Source of the DNA: Octopus vulgaris
Lineage: Eukaryota
DNA: 64,000 nucleotides
Direction of reading: 5' to 3'
Assembly: GCA_951406725.2 (NCBI GenBank)
Contig: OX597823.1
Span: 110,856,001 to 110,920,000, forward strand
Every line of letters starts with the position of its first letter. Position 1 is the first letter of the stretch. Shown here in pieces: positions 1-13,458 of the stretch. A model generated the notes under the pieces. That model saw only the letters and a program-made list of their open reading frames with translations. It was not told where the DNA came from and did not search any database. Both the position numbers and the translations under genes were made by a program.

Positions 1-1182
1 AAAGTAACATGTAAAAGTTTGGTTGCGTTAATTATTGGTTGTTACAAAATGCTACATTACATATATACAGTCTTTGGTAACAAAAACATGTTAAGGAAAT
101 AAAAAAGTTTAACAAGTTCCTTAAAATATTGGGCACAAAAGATTACAACATAAATATACATTCTCAAGAAAATGTTAAAGATTGTTTCCAGAAGTTCAGA
201 GGGATATTGGTATTGTAAACCACATAGACACATCTATGCACACCACATATGTACACACACACACACACACTCGAACCATTCTGACCTCTAAAGACCAATC
301 CCCAAAATCATTAATAGGCAATAAAAATAATAGAACCAACATAGTTCCATGGTTAATAGTGATTATTGCGGGGCAACTTGGTAAAGCAAACTTAAAACCA
401 AACTTGATTAGAAAGTTCTAATGACTCCGAAGACCATCAAGCAATACCAGAACTGAATTTAAAGGCAACAAATTGATGAGAGGGCAGTAGAAGGTTTAGT
501 CATTATATTTGTTGAATGAAATCTCATCTTAGAGCTGGACACCCTGATAAACTAGGAAAACTAAATTAAAATAAGGTAAACGTAAACAATGAATTGCATG
601 AACAAGAGTTATATTACTAATGACAACAATAAAAAAAATAATCTTTCATTAAAGAAAAATTTTATGAAATATTTAATAAAATGAAATTACTATATTTGCC
701 AGTATGTATGATACACTTTAGCATAAGATGCACTCTAATTTTACTAGTAGATTTCGTGGAAGAAGTAAATTTAGTATGTTTCATCACAGGCTGATTGAAA
801 GGTATTTTAAAGTGGTTTTGTTGGGAAAATATATTGTTCTGTGCATATAAAGAGAATGCTGTGACAGTATACTGGCAAAATGTACGAAACCATAAATTTG
901 TCAAATACGAACCATGTTATGGGAATACCGTATTTCAACTTAATTTTCTTTCTGTTCAACAGTATAGTTGATTATATTTTCCTCAAGGGAATTGCCATTC
1001 AGAATATAAAACTTTTGTCTACTATATTCTATGTTACAGCAATCGGCCACCAGGTTGGTTCTCCACCGCTATGATTTTGTTGTCATCCACTCATTGCAAA
1101 TTGCTGATAAGCTGATGAAAAATCTAGCATTCCTTTCATCTTTCTGGGAGAATTTTCATGTAGATGATTTATAAAATGTTTC

Positions 1183-1400
1183 TTAACCCTTTAGCATTCA
1201 GATTATTCTATACTTATATATTCACATTCTTTTGAATTAGTCATATATTATCTTGAGGCTTTGAGATTTTGATGATGGGATTGTATATTTTTAAAATGAC
1301 ATCATGGAGTAAGCGTGAGAAGCCAAATTGAACTGGTTTGAACATAAAACACGTAGAATATTTGGGTTGGATATAACCAGTTTAAATGCTAAATGATTAA
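1183..1400. mobile_element. piggyBac-type MITE (TTAA-flanked)
   Basis: Termini TTAACCCTTTAGCATT ... AATGCTAAATGATTAA are imperfect inverted repeats with TTAA at both ends; no coding capacity. Confidence 0.65.
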
Positions 1401-1453
1401 AGGTAACACTGTTATTAAATAATGTAAAACACATCAAATGTGAGTTGTGTATG

Positions 1454-1700
1454 CTAGGAAGGTGATATAACAAGGTGATGTGACCTTTCCACATAACTGT
1501 TGATGTAGCGTAAGCAATTTTGTATAAGTTTGTGCAAACAGACTGTGATAATTTGGCTTGTTCTCAATATTTTATTAATAGTAGCTATTATTGTGCTGCG
1601 CAGACTTATACTTATTTGGCTCCATTGCCTACAACATTTCGTCTCCCATCGTGATATAGCCACATTGAATGCTGGGCAATTTCTGGTACATTTAAAAATA
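1454..1700 (-). mobile_element. Possible highly decayed RTE-clade LINE ORF fragment
   Basis: Minus ORF segment WETKCCRQ...KILRTSQI...QNCLRYINSYVER loosely follows the RTE post-RT pattern (E..CLR.I...IL...LRW.GHV.R); weak. Confidence 0.3.
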
Positions 1701-2099
1701 AAAATATGTGCATCTTGCACAATGACTAGTACAGTATATTTGTTGGTGAAAGATAATATTAAATCAAGAAACTTAATAGAAATCTGCCATTTTAATAACT
1801 TATTTAGCAATATATGAATATGGATAATAATATAATATAATACTAAGTAATCAATAAAAAATATTTTTAAAGCAGGCTCTAGATTTCTGAGAGAAGGTCG
1901 CGCTTTTTGGTCTGAGAGGCCTCAGGTTTTCCATTATTAATTTAGTAGATTATAACAATCCAGCGCTTGACTGGCTCTTTATTTTACCGAACCCGAAAGG
2001 GTAAAAGGTACAATAGATATCGGAGGGATCCGAACTCAGAATGTAAAAAAAAGCTGAAACATATTCTGCAAAGCACTTTATTTCAAATCGAATTTTCCA

Positions 2100-2284
<185 letters not shown>

Positions 2285-2286
2285 AA

Positions 2287-2753
2287 ATAAAAGATGAGCT
2301 ACAGCAAATATTCTGCTCAAAACCGCTGGCTTGCTTGTCGGTTGTTTGACCATAACCAGTTGAGCATGTCTCTTATTGGTTGATGATATGTGCCTCCCTG
2401 ATCACAAGCAAAATTAGTGGGGGAGCATCATAGCCATGTGTTGAGAGGAATTCTTTAGGGTTTCGATAATTCGCATTTGGAAACGTGGGTGTTAATTTCA
2501 ACATCCTCAAACAACCCTTATTCAGGGACCTTTTGAGCGAGATGGGCTACTCGACCTGAAGAAAATACTAACTGGGCCCCACCGGCAAGGTCATGCGCTG
2601 TTTATCTTGATATGAGATCACCATATTGTGCACATATTGTTGTGATGCATGTGCCTGGTGTACCCTTATCATATGGGTAGTCATGATGGGTATACTGGGC
2701 TTTGTATATTTTACCCCAGTGTCACTTTGATGGCATGAACTGCTCTCTCACTC
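2287..2753 (+). mobile_element. Family E non-coding retroelement, 5'-truncated copy in (AAT)n
   Basis: Aligns by eye to the copy at 30729-31279 from ~30816 onward; ends ...TGCTCTCTCACTC(AAT)n. Confidence 0.85.
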
Positions 2754-2888
2754 AATAATAATAATAGATTCAAATTTTGGCACAAGTTCAGAAATTTCAT
2801 AAGTGGTATTAAGTCGATTACATCGACCCTAGTTCTCAACTGGTACTAAATTTATCGACCCTAGTAGACTCTACCAGCTCGCCGCCTG

Positions 2889-2904
2889 AATAATAATAAT
2901 AATG

Positions 2905-2968
<64 letters not shown>

Positions 2969-2976
2969 TGATGATG

Positions 2977-3046
<70 letters not shown>

Positions 3047-3095
3047 TAATCATAATGATGATGATGATGATGATGATGACGACGACGACGACGAG
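2889..3095 (+). repeat. (AAT)n/(GAT)n/(GAC)n microsatellite
   Basis: Direct reading. Confidence 0.95.
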
Positions 3096-3449
3096 TTTTC
3101 CTATTCCGTTACTATCATTAGTATTCTAGCATAATTGAATTTAGGATTGTTTCATCTTGATTATGTTTTGTGTTTTGCCACTTCGTTATCTTGCTATTCA
3201 ATGTTAGAAATCTGCTTGCTGGCTGTGCGTGCACCCGATCCCGCCCTTACCACCTATACCAAATAAGGAAATCCCCAAATCTCACGTTCTTCCCATCAAC
3301 TCCTCTTGTATTTTGTTAATAATAATGGTAATACTTAAGATCTTAAGAACATGATAGTAATAAGAATAGTAATTAGAATGATAATAAGAATATTATTAGT
3401 TACATTCCAGAAGCGCCTAGCATCCAGAATGTCATTAGGCACTCACTAT

Positions 3450-3682
3450 CTATTTCTTTGCTACCCACAAGGGGCTAAACACAGAGGGGACAAACAAGGA
3501 CAGACAAACGGATTAAGTCGATTACATCGACCCCAGTGCGTAACTGGTCCTAATTTATCGACCTCGAAAGGATGAAAGGCAAAGTCGACCTCGGCGGAAT
3601 TTGAACTCAGAACGCAGCGGCGGACGAAATACTGCAAAGCTTTTCGCCCGGCCCGCTATCGTTTCTGCCAGCTCTCCGCCTT
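3450..3682 (-). mobile_element. tRNA-derived SINE family A, full length, 13-bp TSD
   Basis: Pol III A/B boxes (TGGCAGAAACG, GAGTTCAAATTCC on minus); central GCCTTTCATCCTTTCG...GATAAATT; TSD TAGGCACTCACTA at 3436-3448 and 3684-3696. Confidence 0.92.
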
Positions 3683-3924
3683 GTAGGCACTCACTACCCT
3701 CTATCAGTCGGGCAATGCAGTAAGCGAAAGTTCCTGGGTAGTAAAATAGAGAAATCTAATGGTGAGTAAGAGCGATGACGTTTACAGGAAAATCTAGACC
3801 TCAACATTCTACCAATAACATTTAAAATTATCAATAATAATATGGGCCCCGGATTATTGCAGCAGGTCTTCATCACTATTTGTCAAATACTCGGCAAGCA
3901 TTCTCCATTCACTCCTTATCCAAT

Positions 3925-4150
3925 GGTCTATGCTAACTTGTCAAAAAGTGCGTATAAAGCATATGCAATAATGTACAAATGTCTGGAAAGTGAACAGTGT
4001 ATGAGTCAGATACATGCTTGCATGTGTATGGAGGGGAGAAAATCAGGTGTAGTGTTGGCGAATCTCAGGAAGCATGGAAGTTTTGAAGGATGCACTGCTC
4101 CGACAACTAACAACTGATGCCGGCAGTTTGCTCCATGCTTCAGCAACACT
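3925..4150 (-). mobile_element. CR1-clade LINE 3' fragment (ORF2 C-terminus + 3'UTR)
   Basis: Minus translation VAEAWSKLPASVVSCRSSASFKTSMLPEIRQHYT* fits the CR1-type RV...WN.LP..VV...S...FK terminal motif. Confidence 0.75.
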
Positions 4151-4921
4151 TGGGCTCAAATCTTGTAATTGTCAAGATTACGTTTCATCACCCCAGGGTC
4201 TATAAAATGAAAGTAAAATACATTAATATACGACTCGCAAGCACCTGTTACGAATTCATCGATCCGATGAGTGGCTCATTGTAAACCTGGAAGCAGCGAC
4301 GCTAAAATTCACAATTTGCCTTATGAAATAAATAATGCCTAAAGTACATAAGTTGTCTCATATCGACTTCCCACATCCACTCCCTGAGACTAATGCTGAG
4401 TCTTTTTGTTTGGGTTTGCTTTAGCTTAGCCTTCATCTCCGTCTTCATGTTATATCCATTTCCTGGTGTTTTTCTCCCGTTTTGTTTTTCAATTATATTT
4501 TCAGGATTTCCTTTCATATCTCCATCGCAATCTTACCCTCCTCCTCCTCCTCCTCCTCCTTGTCATCATCATCATCATCAGCAGAAGCAGCAGCAGCAGC
4601 ATCAGAAGCATTTCAATCACCATCCTGCCCCTTCCCTCCTACACTTATGTTTATTGCTTCTGCTTATGTTTTGTACCTGTCGGCCTTCTTGAAGATGGAA
4701 AACAACTTAAATTTGTTCTGATTATTATTTTTATTGTTACCATTTATTTTTACGTTTATGCTATTTGCATTAATTTCCCCTTATTGTCCAATATACATAC
4801 ATACGTACACACACACACACATACACACTCACACACACGCACACACATAAATATATATACATATATATGTGTGTGTACATATATATATATTATAGCAGCT
4901 ATATACAAGTATATGTACAAA

Positions 4922-4966
<45 letters not shown>

Positions 4967-5125
4967 TTTATATATGTGTATGTATATAGCATATATATAT
5001 ATATATATATGTATATATGTGTGTGTGTGTATGTGGATGTGTAATCTTCCAGTGCTTTTTTATATAACAATCCAATGAAAGAATTCTCCCAGTCCAATGG
5101 CAAACATATTTCTAGATTTCTTTCT

Positions 5126-5180
<55 letters not shown>

Positions 5181-5275
5181 CAGCAGCAGCAGCAGCAATG
5201 CACTGTAAACCCTGATGTTATTTCTTTATACGTATTTTTTCTGCTATCTGTTCTCATTAGTTCCCACTTGACTTC

Positions 5276-5354
5276 CAACTGAGTACATTTTAACTGTAAT
5301 ATATCGCTGGTACAACTGAGTACATTTTAACTGTAATATATCGCTGGTACAACT
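5276..5354 (+). repeat. Perfect 37-bp tandem duplication
   Basis: CAACTGAGTACATTTTAACTGTAATATATCGCTGGTA twice, plus CAACT. Confidence 0.95.
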
Positions 5355-5711
5355 AAAGTATCGATACCTATTATTTTATTTTGCTATTTTAGATTTCCTT
5401 TCAACTGAAATATAGTGAGGAAAAAGAGACAACTTAACCATTTATCTACAACAAAACATCGTTAACAAATAATGATTACTTTGGACTTGGTAGAAGGTCA
5501 GTAATTATAATTATTTATTTATGGCTGGCGATAAAATTGATTTCATCGATCAAAGCATATTAAACAGAGAGAAAGAGAGGGAGGGAGGGAGGGAGAGAGA
5601 CGGAGAGAGGGGGATACAGAGGGGGAGAAAGAAAGAGAGCCCTGCTAGAAATAGCAAGAAAATTTTCGGGTCATACCTTTGAAATGATTATGCTTATATT
5701 TTCTTTTAGCA

Positions 5712-6120
5712 TTTACTTGTTTTAATCATTAGATCATGGTCATGTTGGAGCAACGCGTCGAAGAATTTTAATCAAACCAATTGACCCCATCGCTTATTTT
5801 TCCTTTTTCGAAGCCTAGTACTTTTTCTATCGGACTCTTTTGGCGAACAACTAAATGAAGGTGATATGGAGAGACAAACACTGGTTGCCAAGTGGTGGTG
5901 GTCGGACAAATTAAGATACAAAAACACACATGTATAGATACATATACATATATATGATGGGCTTCTTTCAGTTTCCGTCTACCAAATCCACTCACAAGGC
6001 TTTGATCGGTCCAAACATTTAGTACAGGACACTTGCCCAAAGTATTATACAGTGAGTCTGAACCTGGAATCATGAGATCGGGATGCGAACTTCTTACCAC
6101 ACAGCCACTCCTGTGTCTAC
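5712..6120 (-). mobile_element. tRNA-derived SINE family B (CORE-like), diverged
   Basis: Homologous to 42433-42835: A/B boxes, TTGGGCAAGTGTC core, internal (TA)-rich tract, 3' tail. Confidence 0.85.
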
Positions 6121-6646
6121 ATTGTTTAATCCTAGATTCCCAGTACTAAGAAGAAAAAAAAGGCTCAAAAAACGTCGAGTTGGTTACATTTGGAAGACTT
6201 TGCTTGTTCAGAGCTGACCTGGAACTAAACCACAACATTTATTACTTATGAGGGCCGTTGAGAGAAAATCCAAGCAGTCGCTTCTCCTACTTGTCCTACT
6301 AGAAATAGCTACCAAATTTCCCGCCAAACATATCTGCTGCCTTAAAAAGATAAACAGGACAGATTAGATAATGCATGATAATGATATTCTTGCAAAGGCA
6401 ATACGATGGGATGATCACATTCCAACTGCATTTGATGGAAAGTCCGCTTGAACAGGATTTAACTGAGGATAAACAACTATTATAACTATTTATCATATTG
6501 ACCTAACACCTATACAATGAAGGTCCTATCTGAGTGGAATTTTTAATTTAGAATTTAGAGGGATAAAATATTATTCCATGGGGTATATATTCTTGTGACC
6601 TCCCATAGTCACTAATTTCTGTCTTCCAAATAAAAAGATAGGACAG

Positions 6647-6690
<44 letters not shown>

Positions 6691-6764
6691 ATTATTATTG
6701 TTGTTGTTGTTGTTGTTATTATTATCATTATTATTATTATTATTATGATGATTCATGACATTAT

Positions 6765-6985
6765 TAAGGTGGCAAGCTGGCAGAATCGTTCACATGCCGG
6801 GCGAAATGCCTAACAGTATTTCGTCTGCCGCTACGTACTGAGATCAAATTCCGCCGACGTCAACTTCGCCTTGTATCTTTTCAGAGTCGATAAATTAAAT
6901 ACTAGTTGCGTACGGGGGTCAATGTAATTGACTTAACCCTCTCACAAAATTTCAGACCTTGAGCTTATAGTAGAAGGGATTATTA
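6765..6985 (+). mobile_element. SINE family A, subfamily with alternative tail ending GTAGAAGGGATTATT
   Basis: Family A head and body; tail shared with ~19010-19055 and ~20795-20838. Confidence 0.85.
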
Positions 6986-7454
6986 GTGATATTATTTTTA
7001 AACATGACTTAATCAAAGATGGAAAGACTGCGGCCATAATTATTTATCAATATTAGAAAGACGGGAACAACATAATTTTAGAATATAGAGCTGACCTGTT
7101 TACATCCAAAGGGTGTTTTAAGGACATGTGGCCGTGTTTTCCTGCGGTTCGGATTCAGTTTTTCAACCAAGAAAAAAGCATATAAAAATGTTAACTATAA
7201 ATGTACAAGATATTAAAAAGCCATTAGATCAACAGTAAGTCACACACACCATCTCCGCCATCTTCCCCAGTCATCTACCAACCTCTTAGTTTCCACCATC
7301 TCCCTGTCAGTTACTTTATATTACTTTGTGATCTTCTAATAAATTTTTACGTGGGGTTGGGTAGGGAAAGCAATCTGTGTATGACCATAGTTACAAGAAC
7401 TTGTTGCTATTCAATCCCAGATCACTCTGATTCAGCAGACGATAGTGCATCTAA

Positions 7455-7781
7455 GGAAGGCTGCGAGCTGGTAGAATCGTTTGCACGCCGGGCGAAATGC
7501 TTTGTAGTATTTCGTCTGCCGTTACGTTCTGAGTTCAAATTCCGCCGTGGTCGACTTTGCCTTTCATCCTTTCGGAGTTGATAAAATAAATAGCAGTTAC
7601 GCACTGGGGTCGATGTAATCGACTTAATACCTTTGTCTGTCCTTGTTTGTCCCCTCTATGTTTAGCCCCTTGTGGGTAATAAAGAAATAGGTATTTCGTC
7701 CGCCGCTATGTTCTAAGTTCAAATTCCGCCGAGGTCGACTTTGCCTTTCATTCTTTCATCCTTTCGGGTAATAAAGAAATA
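7455..7781 (+). mobile_element. SINE family A with partial second unit, 14-bp TSD
   Basis: TSD GATAGTGCATCTAA at 7441-7454 and 7782-7795; second partial unit starts GTATTTCGTC at 7692. Confidence 0.92.
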
Positions 7782-7934
7782 GATAGTGCATCTAATGGCA
7801 AAGGCTACATTATCTATCTTTCCACTGTTTATTTTTAAAATCCAGTAAGGTTTGGTTATGGCGAGGAACAGCTGTTGTTTCTAGCATGTTATGCTCCTTC
7901 ATATCACATTTAAAAGAGAAAGGTTGTGACAGTG

Positions 7935-8530
7935 TCTCTATGTATGACGAAATACTTTATTTTCTGCTGCTTAATAATTGACACAAGCGTTTCCTTGATC
8001 ATTACCTTTTCAACAATTTCTTTTTCAATACGCTCGTTTATTCCATATTCAAACAAAGACATCTTAATGATTTTTCTATAAAATTGTTTTTACAAAGTTA
8101 TGGCATTTTTCTCACTTTCACCTTCTAAAGTTCATTATTTACACCCATAAAATTCAGTTAAAATTGTTGTTGCACTTAAAAATTAACTTGACCTGTTATT
8201 TGTAATCTTTTATACATTATTTTTCAAACGCGCTCTAATTATACTAAAGCCATTGTAACTGTTGCAATTTGGTATTTTATTCCTGCTTTTGATCTCAAAT
8301 CTTTTATTGTTCTAAAATATTTGAATTTATCACCTTGTTTTAACATCTTTCTTGATATTTACATTACGTTATTATTGCTGTTAGAAATAATTGTTTTGCT
8401 TTTTGCAAACTTTGCCTTCGTTTCATAACCTCTTGCCGTAGTGTGAAGACGCGTTGTTAGATCTCTAAATTCTGCCTTATGTCCTTTTTAATCAATATCC
8501 TCGTATTAATGTAGATTATTACTTTTATTG
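7935..8530 (-). mobile_element. Decayed RTE-clade LINE, end of RT domain and downstream region
   Basis: Minus translation with stops and frameshifts: NNLH*YEDID (NNLRFADDID-like), LTTRLHTTARGY, AKSKTI, DKFKYF, IKYQIATVTMAL, FYGCK, INERI, IIKQQKIKYF; colinear with RTE motifs. Confidence 0.7.
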
Positions 8531-8756
8531 TAACTTATTTAATATTTTGTTTAACAGTTTCACAGGTTTCTATCATTTCGTATATCAGAAAAAATAATCT
8601 GTACATTAGTAAATATCAAACAAAGTCCTATGAGTAACTATTAAAGCCATTTACATATTGGGTACGATACATGAGTATGAATCTCTTTATCATATACAGC
8701 GTTTATTTTATGTGTATGTATGTGTGCAAATACACATACATATATTCATGCAAAAC

Positions 8757-8893
8757 CTATTTCTTTACTACCCACAAGGGGCTAAATACGGAGAGGACAA
8801 ACAAGGACAGACATACGGATTAAGTCGATTATATCGACCCCAGTACATAAGTGGTACTTATTTAATCGACCCCGAAAGGATGAAGTCGACCTC
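8757..8893 (-). mobile_element. SINE family A, 3' half
   Basis: CTATTTCTTTACTACCCACAAGGGGCT...CCCGAAAGGATGAA. Confidence 0.85.
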
Positions 8894-9492
8894 ATGCACA
8901 ACCGTATACAAATGGAACCTAACAGATGTATTTCTTTGTTTTTTTAGATACTCTTGAAAGTGGGTATTTTACCCGAAATATCAGAACTAATAGAATAGCT
9001 AACAGAAATAAGTACTAAGTCATTATGAACAACACAATACTTGATGATGGTGTCCAACACAGTTGCAATCCAATGACTAAAAAGAACACTATATTCCCTT
9101 TTTAATATAGGGCATATCTACGATATCGTATTTATTTGTTGTTGGTTAGGTTAAAGTCAGCTTTGATCCTGAGATTACAGTATTCAATGATTACCTCCTT
9201 TTTAAATCATGATAGTAATATGATCTGAGGACGATATGCTTATTATTTGTTGGAAAACGGATGTCCACATAAGGGGTCCATTGTTGGCTCTTTTATTTTA
9301 GTGTGCGCCTGTGTATATGTGTGAGTGGAGAGAGAGCGAGAGAGAGAGATAAAGAGATAGACAGGCAGAAAGAGAGAGAAACTGGTGTGTATCTAGTTGA
9401 TGTTTAACCCGAGGTCAAGTCTGATTCAGCGAACTTCAGATCAAAAATATTTGTTTCGTGTCTATCCATCATTTTTTTCTTCTTATACAATA

Positions 9493-9879
9493 CTAGCAGT
9501 ATCACCCGGCGTTGCTCGGGTTTGTAAGGGAAATAACTATATAAGCATTTTTAGAGAGTTACTTCCCTTATATAATAGCAAAAAATGCATTAAAAATGGG
9601 AAAAAATGATGGTAATTTTTTTTTAAATCGTAGACATTTTTAGAGAGTTACTTCCCTTTTATAATAGCGAAAAAATGCATTAAAATGGAAAAAAATGATG
9701 GTAAATTATTTTTAAAATCGTAGACTCATCGTAGACGCGCGCTAACACCCAGAAGGGCTCGATATGAATCACGACTATAAGATACCCGGTTTTGGTTAAA
9801 CTGCACCGCAAAATGTGGGAGTAGTTAGGAATCTAAATCGTAGGAGACAGACACACAACTTCACTTTTATATATAAAGA
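9493..9879 (-). mobile_element. Non-autonomous Helitron with internal ~89-bp tandem duplication
   Basis: Minus strand starts TC(TTTATATATAAAAG..GTGTCTGTCT) and ends with hairpin CCCGAGCAACGCCGGG then CTAG; inserted between host A and T with no TSD; duplication 9546-9634/9635-9724. Confidence 0.88.
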
Positions 9880-10390
9880 TATTTAGAACTACATTGTCCA
9901 ACGTATCCTTCAGTCATAAGACTGTAGGATCTAGCCTATCAGAGTGTTGGACGCTATTTCTAACACGCGAAACAAACGAAAAAAGGATTTTCCATTGGGT
10001 GTTCTTGTGGAAGTCAGTTGTTGTTTATATCACTCCTGACTTAGATGATGGAGTTTCAGAGGCATTTTAGCTATGGCCATACTGTCCATATTTCGGGAAA
10101 TGCGTATCTGGAAATATATTCGCAAATGGGTCCATCCACGTTGGAGATTTGTAGGAGTGTAATTAATCCACTATTTAAAGCCGGCTGAGCAACAATTCAG
10201 AGGCTACTATGCTATCTCTGCTTTTGCTGTTACAGTTGTTGTTGTTGTTTGCTCCAGGTCAAATCAATTATGCAGAACTATTATTAAAAACATTCAAAAC
10301 GTGAGTATCCTTATCCTTTTCCCCCCTTTGCGAGGAAATTCAGCTGTTATTTTTAACAATTTGAGCAATTCTCTCTTTCTCTCTCTCTCT

Positions 10391-10793
10391 TTTACTTGTT
10401 TCAGTAATGTGACCGTGGCCATGCTGGAGCACCGCCTTTTAGTCGAGCAAATCGACCCCAGGAATTATTCTTTGTAAGCCTAGTACTTATTATATCGGTC
10501 TCTTTTTGCCGAACCGCTAAGTTACGGGGACGTAAACACACCACCATCGGTTGTCAAGCGATGTTGGGGGGACAAACACAGACACACAAACACATACACA
10601 CACATACATATACATATATATACATATACGACGGGCACTTTTCAGTTTCCATCTACCAAATCCACTCACAAGGCTTTGGTCGGCCCGAGGCTATAGTAGA
10701 AGACAATTGCCTAAGGTGCCACACAGCGGGACTGAACCCGGAACCATGTGGATGGTAAGCAAGCTACTTACCACACAGTCACTCCTGCGCCTA
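10391..10793 (-). mobile_element. SINE family B, full length
   Basis: Near-identical to 19933-20337, 24194-24612 and 42433-42835. Confidence 0.92.
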
Positions 10794-11148
10794 TTACAGA
10801 AGTTACAACGTTTTCCTTTCTTTTGTCAAAGTCATTATCTAAGGCATAATACATTAACATATGATTCGAATTAAATTCGAATTCAGAAATGTCTTCTTAA
10901 TTTTGCGAACGTTCGTTTCTGCAGGATCACATGATGGATAAACCCTTACAAATAATATGTAGGAATAATTAAAGGCAGTAAGTGCTATCAGAAGGTATTA
11001 CATTCAGACTGATTTCCAGCTTGCTGTGTTGTCAGGTTCTATCAAACTGTCCAACACACACCATCATGGAAAATAAACGTTAAATGATGAATAGGCAGAC
11101 AGACAAACAGACAAAAAGAAAGACATGCAAATGGCCCCCCCTACACAC

Positions 11149-11149
<1 letters not shown>

Positions 11150-11224
<75 letters not shown>

Positions 11225-11389
11225 TGACAGACAGATAGATAGATAGATTGACAGACAGATAGATAGATAGATAGAGTATATGCAAGCACATTCAGAAATG
11301 CGAATATCTATTTATGCACGCAGAGTTAGGCACCCACACATGCAAATGTATCTAGATACATATGAAAATATATATATAAATCTCTCTCT

Positions 11390-11467
<78 letters not shown>
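11150..11467 (+). repeat. (GATA)n, (CT)n and (TA)n microsatellite cluster
   Basis: Direct reading. Confidence 0.9.
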
Positions 11468-11470
<3 letters not shown>

Positions 11471-11670
11471 ATGCAAACTTGAAAACGCAAAGAGAAAACA
11501 CAACAACGCGAGGACGTGGAACAAGTATAGTGTTATTGGACGCTCAGGAAAGGAAAGAAAGAAGGAGGATTTAACGTTTCGAGCGGAGCTCTTCGTCAGA
11601 AACATAGAAAAAGAAAAGATCCAAGAAAGCGAAGATGGAAAAAGAAAAATCGCCAACGATACACACGCGG
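11468..11670 (-). mobile_element. Short (TA)n-flanked element with minimal hammerhead (Penelope-like terminus, family H1)
   Basis: Homologous to 15095-15297 and 43213-43437; flanked by (TA)n on both sides. Confidence 0.75.
11569..11603 (-). ncRNA. Minimal type I hammerhead ribozyme motif
   Basis: GUUU-CUGACGA-A-GAGC(UCC)GCUC-GAAA-CG-UU/AAAU: canonical CUGANGA and GAAA, 4-bp stem II, palindromic AACGUU stem III, stem I GUUU:AAAU. Confidence 0.65.
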
Positions 11671-11903
11671 ATAAATATATATATATATATATATAGTAGA
11701 AATATGTTTTGAAAAAAAATATAAAATACACGTAGAAGTGTAAGGGTAAAATAAGAAAAGTCAGCGAAAATGCGTATTGCAAGTATAAAAAGACTATTTA
11801 TGATAGGTAGTGACAAAAATATACATTGAGAGTATTACGAATCAAAAAGGTCATTATTATTGATGATTATAAGAAGTTAATAATAATAATAATAAGGTAA
11901 GAG

Positions 11904-11934
<31 letters not shown>

Positions 11935-11941
<7 letters not shown>

Positions 11942-12040
11942 ATCACGTGGCCGACTAGTCCATCAGATGTAGTTACATATCGCTGGTCACAATGCGTTCG
12001 CATTGTTTTAGCCTTCGAGCAGACTAAGCGAGCAGGCCAA
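11935..12040 (-). mobile_element. 3' fragment of the SINE C tail variant seen at 53661-53775
   Basis: Reverse complement matches GAAGGCTAAAACAATGCG...TGTGACCAGCGAT. Confidence 0.7.
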
Positions 12041-12776
12041 TATATATATATATAAAAATTGACAGTGAATTCGGAATTTCGACCAGCTAAGCGATCCCCG
12101 GCCGACGATCGATGGTTTAGCTGGCCTGAACTTCGAAGTCACTGTCAATGATATTCTTGTTTAAGAATAATAAATTTCTGCTCTACAAAAGAACAGACTA
12201 ACCCTTCAGATTAATATAAAATTGTTTTTATTGTAACTGAAAGTAAAAGCAAACATTAATATACATATACGTTTATATATAATGAGAAAGCGAAAGAGTG
12301 TGTTGGAATGAGTGAGAATGTGGGAGGAAGTAGGACATAAATTTTCAAGCTATCTATATTTCAAAGTAGTCCTCAAGTTTTCCCCCTTCTAATCAAACAA
12401 TAACTTGTGTGTTTAGATAATTAAACTTGTAGAATAAACATTTCAAGTCCAGTAAAAACAGAAGGTTAAACATGGCTGAAAGGCCAACGGAGAATAGAAA
12501 CAAAAGATTTTCAAAGTGAAAGTAAAATTAAAATAAAATAACATTTTACCAATTATTGTAGTTCATTATAAATAATTCAATGTATGAGGATGGTGGTGGT
12601 AGTGGAGGTGGTGGTGGTGGTGGTGGTAACGGCTGCTGCGGTGGTTGTGGTGGTGACGTGTGGTGGTGGAAATGGTGGTGGAGGTAGAGTAAAATTGAAG
12701 ATTCCTTTTGTGAAATTTTCTTTTGTTTTGATTAATCATTAGTGTATGTACGTATATATGTAAATAAAAGTTTATG

Positions 12777-13018
<242 letters not shown>

Positions 13019-13019
<1 letters not shown>

Positions 13020-13385
13020 ACAAATAAATGAAAGAATGGAGTTGAACGATGAATTAACAAAATTCCTTTATTTTATTTTCGACATATGTTTCGAAGGCTG
13101 CATATTCCCTAATTTCGAAAGAATGCACCCTTATTCCTTCGAAATTAGGAATATGCAGCCTTCGAAACATATGTCGAAAATAAAATAAAGGAATTTTGTT
13201 AATTCGTCGTTCAACTCCATTCTTTCATTTATTTGTATTTAAAAAAAAACACATAAATTTCCACACGATAGCACGTGATCTCTGCCCTAGGCATGTAGCT
13301 TCAACTGTGTTTTTCTGACGTGAATTTGCTACCCAGGTATCGGTTAACCGAATTATCCATAATAAGATAATCCATTCAACTACTC

Positions 13386-13389
<4 letters not shown>
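13019..13389 (+). mobile_element. Palindromic (TA)n-flanked element (inverted Penelope-like termini, family H2)
   Basis: ~105-bp inverted arms 13019-13124/13133-13238; right arm has GAAACATATGTC (hammerhead 3' half, 13164-13175) and runs unpaired to (TA)n; related single arm at 61222-61306. Confidence 0.7.

Positions 13390-13458
<69 letters not shown>

Noticed and set aside
4381-4440. TCCCTGAGAC matches the 5' end of miR-125/lin-4
   Set aside because: Sequence diverges after 10 nt and no complementary 3' arm pairs with the seed region
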